This document shows, one piece after another, positions 52,810-64,000 of a DNA stretch of 64,000 nt; within the stretch, counting starts at the first letter, position 1; each line of letters begins with the position of its first letter. Origin of the DNA: Tubiluchus corallicola (Eukaryota; Animalia; Priapulida); the NCBI GenBank assembly GCA_030141605.1, contig JAQGDQ010000422.1:43423-107422 (forward strand), in the 5' to 3' direction. The notes below the pieces were generated by a model, which saw only the letters and a program-made list of their open reading frames with translations, did no database searches and was not told the origin of the DNA. The position numbers were made by a program, and so were the translations under genes.

Positions 52810-53560
52810 TAGGAAGTTGGGCTTATTTCAAAATGCACGAAAAATGTTGGAAGGATTTAGTATTAAAACTGCAATAAGCGCCTCGTGTAATTAGTAAAAT
52901 CACTTTAAAGTCGCGATCATTTCCCGGCGCCCACTCTTGCACCAAAGACGTTGTTCTATGGCTGAAGAAACGTAGCGCGATATCAATTTCAGTTAAAAGT
53001 ATAATACGTTTTAACAGAAAATATGTAGCTAATTTTGTAACGTTTTTGCGTGAACATTAGGTAAGCCGCAGAAGTTTGAATTAGTTGAAGCAGCGGAGAG
53101 CCACGACGCGCTTACGAAAAGTCACGAAGCCTCCCAGTTACGTCATGGTTTTCAAGTGAATGGCGGCAGGCAACACGCCTGAAAATTCCTATTTAGAGGT
53201 AGTATATTTTAAATTTGTGCTTTATAGACAGTTTTTTGCAAATTTCTTTGCTATAACTTACCTTTTTCTGGCGAATTTCTAACGCGTGCGTTGCCGTAAA
53301 GATCGCCATGTTTTGCGTCGCTGGCGCGAGTGAGCGAGAATGACGTACATAGTACAGAAAGCGTCTTTGGTTACCGATGTTTGTTTACCGATCTTTGGTT
53401 ACCTCGTGACTGCACTCATTACGTCATTCGTCTCGCGCAACGCAAAATGGCGGTTCATCAAATTTAATACCGCTAATAATAAAGTGAAAAAAAATCAAGA
53501 GAAACAAGTTTTACAGTAAGTTCATAATAAAATAAATTGAATATTCATAAGTAGTTGTAT
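52810..53560 (-). mobile_element. Composite repeat: family D part plus a segment homologous to 23000-23230 / 25165-25395
   Basis: Reverse-complement matches to 1210-1640 and to the tgcgcgagac..atgacgt.atgagt.cagtcacgag block. Confidence 0.65.
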
Positions 53561-53603
53561 AATTTTATTATAGTGAGGGTTTAGATTAACTGTAAGATCT
53601 TAC

Positions 53604-53775
53604 CAGCAGAAGTTGCCCATTGTCCCACGCAGGTGACTTCATTTTTGAAGGACGGACAGATACCTCTTTTCACGCTATCGACTACGGCAATTGTGCCTAT
53701 GTTTGCCTTCCTCCCACACAGGAAAGCCGTTGCCGTAGCAGCAGAATCTGGCACTTGAGCATCTGTGTTATACGT
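53604..53775 (-). CDS. ALP: Alkaline phosphatase exon 3 (catalytic Ser)
   Basis: TYNTDAQVPDSAATATAFLCGRKAN; gtgcag| ... |gtaaga; 172 nt. Confidence 0.97.
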
Positions 53776-54088
53776 CTGCACAAAACGTTTGTGAAAAAGC
53801 AAAATAGAAAGATTTCATGAAAATTTAAGTTTTCGTGTATTTGGCACAGAACTGTTACAATACTTTTTTAAAATGTTTGACACAGTCCTGATTGAAACGA
53901 CATTGGGCGTGATGTCAGAGGGGAAATATCTGGATCAATGGAATTTTCCCAGTTCGTCAAGATGAGGCCAAGATTTAAGAAAGTATTGATAAAATGTTAG
54001 TGAATGTAATGAATTTGACATGTTAACATAAACTAATTCAACTGTCCAACGAATCTGTGAAATTTATAGCTATAATACAAAACTATGT

Positions 54089-54205
54089 GACTACGGCCAA
54101 ATCACGTTGAAAACACCGGTTCTCTGATCACCGAAGTTAAGCAACGTAGAGCCTGGTTAATACTTGGATGGGTGACCGTCTAGGAATACCAGGTGCTGTA
54201 GGCTT
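54089..54205 (+). pseudogene. 5S rRNA-derived sequence (pseudogene or head of a 5S-derived SINE)
   Basis: gactacggcc..cacgttgaaaacaccggttctc..gatcaccgaagttaagc..tacttggatgggtgaccg..ggaataccaggtgctgtaggctt; small deletion; no oligo-T terminator. Confidence 0.88.
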
Positions 54206-54375
54206 GCGGGATGCCCACACTGTTTCTCGACACTAGGCGGAGGAGCTGCACAAGTAGCCAACGGCTAGAGGGCGGAGGAGGTCAAGTGACCCAGTGGCCA
54301 TGTGTAGAGGAGTAAACCTTCCAAATCAGGAGTGGAGCCCCGAAGGCGGACCAGTGCAGCATGCTCACTGACTCC

Positions 54376-54448
54376 GGTATTCCAAGTACTAACCAGGCTC
54401 TACGTTGCTTAACGAGAACCGGTGTTTTCAACGTGACATGGCCGTAGA
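54376..54448 (-). pseudogene. Internally deleted 5S rRNA fragment, inverted
   Basis: Reverse complement tctacggccatgtcacgttgaaaacaccggttctcgttaagcaacgtagagcctggttagtacttggaatacc. Confidence 0.88.
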
Positions 54449-54512
54449 TTCTTTCTAATATACGCCAAGTTTCAATACGCTTAAAGCTTATTGCATAAAC
54501 TGACTAAGTTAC

Positions 54513-54739
54513 CTTCACTAAAGCAGAGTTCTGCCATCGCTCCCACGTCAAAAATTCTTCTTCTCCCGGGTTGCCTTTTCGCTGTCCTTTTAAGACCCTC
54601 CCAGCAAACTGTGACGTCACTCCCATTCCGTCCCCCATCATGAAAATGACATTTTTTGCTATTCCACAATTTGGTGTGGTTTTAAGATACGTTTCCAGTA
54701 AATCCTGAGCTTCAGTGTTCCACGCGCGCCGCCATGCAC
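54513..54739 (-). CDS. ALP: Alkaline phosphatase exon 2
   Basis: WNTEAQ...AKNVIFMMGDGMGVTSQFAGRVLKGQRKGNPGEE; atacag| ... |gtaact; 227 nt, phase 1-0. Confidence 0.96.
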
Positions 54740-55834
54740 CTGTATTTATAATAATTACTAACATCGTGAGCTGTTGTTGTTTATTGTTAATTGAAAGAAA
54801 GGAGAAGAAGGAAGAAATGAAATTGCAGAGAAGAAAAAACAGGCGCGGTATTTGAAAATTAGTCAAAAAAATTAGTTCAACATTAGAGCACAAGATTAGT
54901 TACAAAATGCTTAAAATTCGTCTTGAAAATTTGTGTCACTTACACATTGCTATAAATGCTACAAATGCTACAAATGCTATAAATGCTTTTGCAAATCTTA
55001 TCTCGGATGAATTCCTATCGTCTTTCGCCCGTATATAAACAGTCTGTTGGTGATGAAATTTCACAACTCTCGTCGTGTTTTCTATATGCTGTTTTGTTTT
55101 TATTTATGATTATGTGAATTAACATTAGAATTGGTTACTATGTTTATTATAATTGTACTCGCTGTTTTTCATTGTGTATAATGTGTGTAAATTTTTGTTA
55201 CTAAGTATTAAAATATGTTCGTTATATTTTATTATGTATGTATGTAGTGTTGGATTATAATTTGTAACTATGTCTATTGTATATGATCGTTGTAGTTCAA
55301 TGTGTCTCATGCGTTGGATTCTAAATTAAATATATAAGTGAATAGGTTTAATACGTTGTAAATGCTTTTAGAAATTTTAAACATATCCCTACAAACAGAG
55401 GGTATGTATTCTGTACATAGTTTTCAAAAAATAAAGAATTATATTAAAAAAATTATAATACATATTGCCTTACTGCGTGCACAGCTTGCGTCAGCAGTAA
55501 CGCTGTAGAAAACTTGTAAATTTAAATTCCTACGCTGATCGTTATGCGCAGGTAGCCAAATTGAAAGAAGTTTAGATAACATTGCGTATCTAAACTTGAA
55601 ATTGAAAGTTTGAAAAAACAATCAGAGCATCCATAGGACGCTTCGATATCTAAGCAAAGGTATAAATTACTTTATATTGTCATTGAGATCAGTAATGATT
55701 TTGGTGAATCAATGGTGCATGTCGGGAAGGTGAGTTAGTCGCACCTTATCAGTTGCTAAGAACTTTCTTTTCTAGTTACATAAGTCTTTCAAACTAGTAA
55801 ACGTAAGGCTAAATAATATTGAGGAAAGCTTTTA

Positions 55835-56350
55835 GGAGGCACCTGTGTCGGGTCAGGTGTAGGGCCCTCTACACGCCCTGCTTCCACGTCAGCAGCGACT
55901 CACCCCTTTCTTGTAGGTGCAGACGTCTTGTTTGGGCCTACACGTGGTGTGAGAAGCCAGCTGACCTGGAATGCCAGTATAAAAGCGTGTAGAGGTCACT
56001 ACAGCCTGGATTTCTGACACAGGTGCTCCTCGGGTGTAGTTACTGAGTTAGTTAGTTATTTTTTATGCACGTGTATTTTGTTCCCTATTTTTATTAGTGC
56101 TGATAATAAACTCCGTACAGTGTAGTTTTTGTGTATTTTATTTTATGAGAGTTAAATGACATGCTATAACAGGTATATGGTATTAGTTTACAGACAATAA
56201 CTTAGTTAATTAGCATGACATTTGTAATTAAAATTAACATTTATAGTTGAGTAATCAGTTACACAACGATACTAAAATGGATCTTCATGATGCGCAATAT
56301 CAAGACCGCCGTGCCATCTTGGAGTTCGACCCCCTAAGTAGAATTCAGTC
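55835..56350 (+). mobile_element. Repeat family E copy in ALP intron 1
   Basis: Head bounded by cacctgtgtc...gacacaggtg; high identity to 34540-34997. Confidence 0.85.
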
Positions 56351-56885
56351 CAATATTTTGAAATTCCGTTTTCTTGTCGTTTAACGTTTTATTAGCTCGT
56401 AATCTACTCATCTAAATTGGCGATTCTCAAAGTGTGGAGCTGAATATCTTGGGGAATGATAAGTAGAATATCGTAATAAAAAATAGTAAATACGAATTTC
56501 ATTACGTTCTCGACTTTAATTCTAGTGAAATACAATGATATGATTTAATTAGAACTTCTAATTGATATTATAACATTTCTTACCAATGATGAGGTTAAGT
56601 TTTTTTTTTGAAAACGACTGGCTGAAATTTTCACTTGACTATGCCTGGTCCAGTGTGGTTTACTCTTGTAAATAATTTATAGATTATAACCTCCACAATA
56701 GCTAAATGTATATGTGTGAACGAATTTGAATTCAACTTGAAGAGCTAGAAGGAGCTGAATGAGAAACGAAAAAATGGCCGATGGCCGATCCTGTTGGTTA
56801 CACTGTTCAGTATACCACTTTCAAGGCCCTTGCACCAGGTGTGCGTCCTGCAAACCCTGTTACAATAACTATCTGCGCTTGCGAA

Positions 56886-57540
56886 TTAAAGGACAAGAAA
56901 AGGGGTACCTGAAGTAGCTTTCAGAAAAATCGCCTCAAAAATTATATTATTTTAGAGCAATTTTATGCATTTGTCGTTCTCGCGTTGAAACGAATTTTTT
57001 GTTTGTTTTCATTTTATATCTCCCGCAATACTGTTCCAACCGCGCCATTACATGACGTCATATACGCACATTATAAACCAGGGGAAGAAAAGGAAATTTT
57101 AAACTATGTCCCAAAAAACTTTCCATGCAAAGTTATATTATTTATCATTTCGCTTACCTGCTAGAAAGACTTAAGTAACTAGAAAAGAAAATTATTAATT
57201 ATGTGAAATGTTTTCACCAATTGGTAAAATGTCGCTGACTCACTCTCCAGCGTGCACCACTCAGTAACCAAAAAAATGTATTTTTAATTTTATTGATAAG
57301 ATACAGTAATTTAAAATTTTACTTACTTAGTGACGTGTGCGCTACGAATACTCTCAAACTTTACGGAATGTTATATAACTTGTTTCAAATGACATATCGT
57401 ATAAAATCCCTGCGTCTAACGGTCATCGCTGGAGTTTAAATTTACATGTTTTAGACAATGTTACTACCGACAGTAGGCCTGTGTGCAAAAAGGCAATACG
57501 TAAGTGGCATAAAATTTCAAAACGAATTTTTAAACTTTAT
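56886..57540 (+). mobile_element. Repeat family B copy
   Basis: Starts ttaaaggacaagaaaaggggtacctgaa. Confidence 0.75.
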
Positions 57541-57897
57541 GTAGATGGATGGTATCCTTGTGCTTTAGCAAAGTATATGCTTAAGAAAACAGAACGCCTA
57601 ACGGAAAGAACTCATTTAGTCAAACGTATGTTTGTGTCAGTCACTTCGTCGGTCAGTTAACAAAGTAAACATCTAATCAACGAAACAAGAAGCTAACTGA
57701 TCGATTATTAACCAGCCTAGCAACAAATCAATAACAATCAATCGATCAAATCCATCAGCACAAGAACTAACAGCTGTTGAAAAGTGAGACAGCAATTTAA
57801 CAATTAAACAACATGAAGAGAAAATGCAACTAGAAAAAAATAGCATTTACTGATTTTTAACTAATCAAATGAATCAGTTAATGAAGCAAAGACTCAC

Positions 57898-57976
57898 CTC
57901 GACTGTAAACATATTCAAACTTCCATACGAGTAGAAAAGAAAGGATCATTAGATAATTTCTTCGTATAAACTTCAT
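57898..57976 (-). CDS. ALP: Alkaline phosphatase exon 1: signal-peptide-like MKFIRRNYLMILSFLLVWKFEYVYSR(G)
   Basis: ATG 57976; basic n-region plus hydrophobic core; strong donor GAG|gtgagt in phase 1 matching exon 2. Confidence 0.8.
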
Positions 57977-58028
57977 TGGTAACCACGTAACACTTACAAC
58001 TTGAGTGGAGCAAAAATGTAAAACGTAA

Positions 58029-58092
58029 TTTCGGTTTCGGTTTCGGTTTCTCTCAAATTCTATTCGTAAAATATAAAGTCACTTTCGGTTTG
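58029..58092 (-). promoter_or_regulatory. ISRE/IRF-like motifs upstream of the ALP start codon
   Basis: Minus strand GAAACCGAAACCGAAACCGAAA (58029-58050) and AAACCGAAAGTG (58080-58091). Confidence 0.5.
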
Positions 58093-61000
58093 ACTGATTC
58101 CAAACGTGATTCCGTAATACACAGTTAAGCGTAAAATAAATTATAGTTTTGCCAAAGTATAATCACAAAAACTGCTTTGACTATTGTCACGTGGTTTTAG
58201 TAAATCTAGGTAGGTGTTACGAACGAGTTTTTCAACCGATTTCAAACATATGAACGTTTATAAAGCTTTTCAAGAACTGCTCTGAGCCTATATAAAGCCT
58301 CCTTGTACAATAGACAAAAATGCAATAGAACTTTGACAATAATAGATGTTATTTTTAACCACTTAAGCACATCAGTAATTACGCTTAAGTATAATCACAC
58401 AAAGCAACCATTTTATAGGGATTTTGCAATAAAACCAATATTAAAAATTAAATTTATTGACAAATGTAAAAAAAACCAGGCACAATAAATATCATTTAAA
58501 ATAATTACAATTGCGCAATAAAGAAAAGTATAAACTAGCAAACAACACAAAAAATCCTGCATTGACGAGACGCAGCCCAATTTATTCAAAGGAAAAATAA
58601 CCAGCGCACAGGAAAAATAGACTAAAATTTACTACTCACGGAAAAAAGCAAAAACTGCGGTTTTCACACTTTCGAGAAAACATCATGAATTTTACACTGA
58701 AAATCGATTTCAGAAGTTAAATTTCACTTCAAAATCTTAGAGTAATGCACAAAGTTCTGAAAAACACTGGAGCGCACATCAACGCATTCTCTTATTCATA
58801 TTTGCCATTAGCAAGATTGCAAGACAAATGATATGCTTCGTAAGTAAGATGCAAATGACATGAAAAATGACACGCCAAGATACTTACATCGCTAATTATA
58901 ACATTTAGCGCCAGTTATTTCACTTCATTTTATGCACTGCAGATAGAAATAATTGATTGACAGATTTCATATTTGTTATTAATATTCATGTTTGTTTATG
59001 TAACGCATCTGTTTCTCTGTTTCATTTTTCCTCTTTTGGGAAGCATGGTACACCTTGAAAAACCTGCTGTTTTACGTTACTCTTTGCTAAAGATTTTGCT
59101 AAAAGTTACGGATTATTTTAGCCGTTAGACCCAGTTAAATAAGCAGAGTAACAACAGAAAAATGTAAATTTTTGGAACTGTTTGGAATTCAAAAACAAAA
59201 ATTTGGTAAAAAAAAACAGTGTGGGTGAAAAATTGGCTGTAGTGGAGAACTGAACAGAAGCATTAGCAGGATTTCCCGAAAAATTATTCGATATAGCTAG
59301 TGTGTGCAATCAAAACAATGGGAGACCTGCCTATTTAACATTTCTTATGTTAATACTCACAACCCTATGCAGCAGCGACGATTCTGCTGCACATCATGGA
59401 TCTGCCTACCGAGTTTTTACCTAAGGGCTCACTTTTCAGAAATAAAAGACATTCTAAAGAAATCTGCAATTAGGTCTATAATAAAAAGCTGGTCCATATA
59501 TGCAGCCTTAACTGAAAAAAATAAAGCTTAGAATTTATAACTAAAAGCTCCTATTGAAATCTGATAGTGTGGCCTTTAGCTGGCAAAGGTTGGGTAATAA
59601 TTACCTCAGCTGTATTAACTCACACTTGATAACATACTGACGCGTGCAACAAAAAATCATTAAACTAGCCGTGATTAAATATCTTTCAATATGTTATGCA
59701 ACAATACCTGTTGTGCCCTTCCTGCCTCATATAGGAAACAACTTGACCCGGAACTTAGTTTTGCACCTTACTTTCCAGTTGGCCATTCTATCCACTCAGT
59801 AATAAACATTAAAAAAATTATAGGGTAACTTATTAACCTGCTTGGTCTTTAGTGTAATATAATTACCCCTTGGTCAGCTAAGGGTTAAACCTGGCAGTAC
59901 AGGTGCACAGAAAAACTGGCACATTTATCATCATCATAGCTGGAGTTTATCATTATTTGCCCTCAAAGAGCAGAAACAGGTCACATCTTGGTTATTGTTT
60001 AGTCACAATTTTGTTCTTGTCGTGCGATTTTTGTACTTTATAAAATAAATTTGTTTCAGGATTAAATTTTATAGAATAAATTTAATAAATTTATTTCTGG
60101 ATTATCGCACCATCTTCTTAATATTGGTTTCTTACTGCATCCTCAGTAAGGTTTTGCTTTATATATTCTTAACTAAGTTTAACCCAGGTATGGCAGCTTG
60201 CATTCTACAATTTTTTTAACATAGTACTAACATTTTTCTTTAAGTTCTATGATACACAAAGTTCACTAAACTAAAAATTTGTTGAGTCATTAAACATGAA
60301 AAAAATTACTGTGCACCAGTTCTGATTCACTTGGATAACTTGTTGTCTTGTAATGAATTTTCTATATTTACATATTGTAGCTGTTGCTTTATTTGCGATT
60401 TTGCACACCAGATGGCTGGCTGACATTACCCGAACCTATTCAACCAATTGGAGTAGCCGCCATTACTAGACATGCATGCTGCACTCTAGACATGCATGCT
60501 GCACTCCTATGCTGTCAATCACTCTTACATATGAGCTCTTATATGAATCTTTGCTTCGATTGCTACACTCACTGCTCTAACTGTATGCGAGTCCACCCAC
60601 ATGTTTTGGTAAAATATTTTCGCCATCTATGTACACTAGCCAAAAATGAATGCGGAGAAATATCCGTTTTCATGCTATGGTATTACAAACCCCAATGATG
60701 GGAATAAATTTTGTAGACATTTTCATAGAAACCTGAGCTGGTAGAACTGCCTTATACTCTGTTTCCATGTTTCTATGTACTGTAAAAAATAACATAATAG
60801 ATGAAATTGTCACAGCAGCCACCCATCCATTTAGCTGAAAGTATCTGTAGTGCATTACTTCCTCCCTTGCTACTTATCAAGTAAAGCTCTCAACTTCTCC
60901 ATTATTGTCAATTAGCGACAGAAGATCAAAAGCAATTTCGTTTGAGAGCTGGAAATAAAGCTTTGTTATCAAAGCGCAGGTGTGTTCTGTTATTTCTGTT

Positions 61001-62387
61001 GGAAGTAATGCTTATCATAATATATCGCCCTGGGAATCATGTTTTGTTAAAATTGAAAGGAATGTCTTTTTAGATTTGAAAGCTTTTCAAACTGTTTGTA
61101 TAGCAAATATTGGGCTAAAAGCTTTTCGTGTGATAATAAAGGATGAGGCTGCTTAATAATAATTGCTGTTTGGATAAGATGGAGAAAGTTTTAAGTGCTC
61201 AGCCACCTGAACAAAAGGCTCTTTACATGTGGAATTCTAAGATTCAAGTTCTTTTGTTGATTTTGAGCTGGGATAATTGCAGAAAGTGGTTCTGAAGTAA
61301 AGAAAAATATTTTCCCACATTTTAACATCTTGTGTAAATTAGCCTCTCCCGAACACCTGGGAATGACGCCAGGAAAAGAGTTAAGTAAGAAAAATTGAAT
61401 GAACCGAATGCCCCGTAACTACAAAAGATTTTGGGACATTTTCGATATTTAGTGAAAAATTAACATTTTGCCAAATCTGCTGATACCGTTAACCAGATAT
61501 TACTGAAAATGCTAGGGAAATTTTTTTTTGTAAATTATTGCAACGTCATTTCAAATCCTGTCGGGCATTGTTTTGAAAGGATTAATAGTTTCCTGTAAAG
61601 TAGCAGTGAACAATTTTTTTCCATGTTATTACATTCTTAATCAAATCAACCACTCTAGAACTGCTTCCCCTGTGAAAAGAAAACCCTTTTGAATCCGAGT
61701 CCCATAAATATTTTTTGTTTGTTTGTGTTGGGATGTGAGAAATTTCTGAAATTTACTTAAAATTATCTTGTGTCAATAAATTAGCCTAAAAACAGTCAGA
61801 AAACGTATATATTTTGTCAAGTTTTGCAATTATTTTGCCTGATAGATCCAACTGAGAGCAGAATATCACCAGGAAACCGTAAATTTTAGAAATCGTGAGG
61901 AAATAAAACCGAAAATTTTGAGAAAGAAACAGTAAGAAACGTTTATGTACAAAAGTAGCTGCAGTAGGGAACTGAAAGGAAAGCTGAGGTATGATTTCCC
62001 AAAAATTAATGGATGAAGTGTCACATGACTTTTTAAAGCAAATTGCAAGACATTAACACAATAGTTTAAACATATCAGGTGTGCAGGCAAACTGGCAAAC
62101 TCTCCTTTACAGCATGTGTTTTAAAACACAGCATGTATATCTACCCTACAGTGCCCAAATGCTTATAAATATAGAAAAAACGGAAGCCATTGGAGGAGAT
62201 GCGACCAAAAGGAAAAACTGTCTGACACTCCCTGCCACTCCCCCTTTGACAAGTGGCCGCCAGCCAGTTTCTATGCACTCTAAATATGTCACCAATAATA
62301 AATAATCGTCCACCTTATTCATAGGAATTACTGTGCCCAAATTTGTGCATAGTGATGTAATGCATGGTAGAAACAATGATGATAACG

Positions 62388-62393
62388 TCTCTT

Positions 62394-62441
<48 letters not shown>

Positions 62442-62502
62442 TCTCCCCCCTCTCTCTCTCTTTCTCTCTCTCTATCTCTCTTTCTCTCTCCCTCTCTCTC
62501 TC
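62388..62502. repeat. (CT)n-rich microsatellite
   Basis: Direct. Confidence 0.95.
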
Positions 62503-64000
62503 ACAAATAGTTTTTTCAAATAAGAAAAATCAGGTCAGAATTTTGAAAAAAAGATGAAAATTTTTATCTTAGTAACGCCGAAAAGTGTGATGTACTACAC
62601 TATAAAAGTTTTTAGCGGTGGTCACCTATGCAGCGTTATTTGAAGAGTAGAAAGCTGATGTCGATTATCTGCAAACTCACTTGATTTTTCAACAGCCGTC
62701 ACAGATATCAATTCAGCATTAACTGAAAATGTCAGAAATGGTAAAAGCAATTAAGCTAACCCTGGTTGGAAAAATGTTGACAATGATGGTATTTATCCGA
62801 TCATGCTTATCTTGACACCCAGAGAGCATTTGAAATCTAGAAGAATCTGGACTGCAAGGTCTTATTGAATCTACTGGGGTGATTGCATCCACCCGTTTAA
62901 TATGACTGAGCGCGTGAAACTACAACTCTTCTCAGAGCAGCTGAGATAATTGTTGCACATCTCATCATTTTCAAGAACAAACGACATGATTTACAGTAAC
63001 AAGTTGCAATTGGAGACCTTGTCAGAATGTATCAATCCGGTTGGATTAAAGATCAGCTTGTTACTGAAAAAGGTTGCAATTTTATTCGATATCTGCATTT
63101 TACGGTGCATTAGGTGAAAAAACTTGCTGTTACTGGATGGACGCATGACACACTCACTCAACCTCGACTTTAACAGCATCATGCGAGAGAACAACATCAT
63201 ACTATCGTGTATACCAACCTCATACTTTACATCATCTTCACCCACTAGATAAAAACGCATTTCATCCTTGAAACGGATCTGATATCAACTTGGAAAAGAA
63301 AAGACTAACGCAATACCCGGACCCTTCCTCTGTAAAGAAGGAAAATTAGTTTTGAAATACATGACTTTGTCGCATGCCTTGACACCCGAGAATATCAAAA
63401 ATGGGTTCATAAGTATTTGAACGTAGCCTTTTAATGCAACTTGCATTTCCAGACATTCAATGCAAAGATGCATTTCTGCATACTTGCGCGTGATGTTGAA
63501 GATAATGCGGCTGTTGATATGGAACATGATGATCCACAACCCTTCTGGTCATTATGATTCAAAATCTGCTGATGTGTCCTGTTGTTCACATGCATCAGGT
63601 CCTCGAGACGTAAGTTTCCCAAGCTTCATCAAAAAGTGGAAAATCATCAAATGAAATCCGCTAGAATACGATCAGAAAAACTTCATCACAAAATCTAACA
63701 AACTCATTGCAACAGCAACATTGGTTTTAAAGCAAAAGCTAAAGAGCTTTATATTGAACTAGTCGTATATATTGTTTTGTTCGTTTTGAGGAACGGATTT
63801 TGTTAGAAACTTTTAAAAGATGACTATGTTGTTTTGATGCCAAAGTTTTGTTTTCATGTTTGAAGTTCGTAAAGATTTGGTGAAAATAAAGTGTAACGGA
63901 CACAAGAAAGTGTCACTGTGAAGTGTGTGTGCAAAGACTCATGAATAAAGCTGCTGAAAATTTTCTTAGTTACAGAGTATTATTGTTACGCAATAACAAT

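Noticed and set aside
54089-54205. Functional 5S rRNA gene
   Set aside because: Internal deletion, substitutions, no oligo-T terminator, single intronic copy
39381-57976. Bacterial origin (HGT) of the ALP because of Asp153
   Set aside because: Eight spliceosomal introns and animal-type motifs (GRNLIQEW, CKDIARQL, YAACIG) indicate a native metazoan ALP

Overview
AT-rich, repeat-dense animal (invertebrate-type) genomic DNA with spliceosomal introns. It is not prokaryotic, and most ORF-track entries are microsatellite or transposon artefacts. I reconstructed two minus-strand genes by hand from splice sites and codon phase. (1) A 6-coding-exon gene (26648->1734, ~1143 aa) with a compact N-terminal domain (...EIRTLKFWY...ELIRPDDFPKDYVGFIKKIMKMMQ...) and a 2.9-kb disordered terminal exon carrying internal repeats. 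(2) A complete 9-exon alkaline phosphatase (57976->39381, 508 aa). It has all core metal ligands but an E. coli-like Asp153, Ile at position 328, no GPI tail, a probable GC-AG intron and tandem ISRE-like motifs upstream of the ATG. The rest is TTAA-flanked Kolobok-like MITEs, four solo LTRs with exact 5-bp TSDs, LINE 3' fragments, a Penelope-type remnant with a minimal hammerhead core, a 5S rRNA-derived inverted pair, a 2.17-kb MITE-mediated tandem duplication and many mini/microsatellites. I found no clear wholly new system. The best leads are the atypical, possibly immune-inducible secreted phosphatase, the 5S fold-back element and the hammerhead motif. All alignments were by eye and family names come from recall, not database searches.
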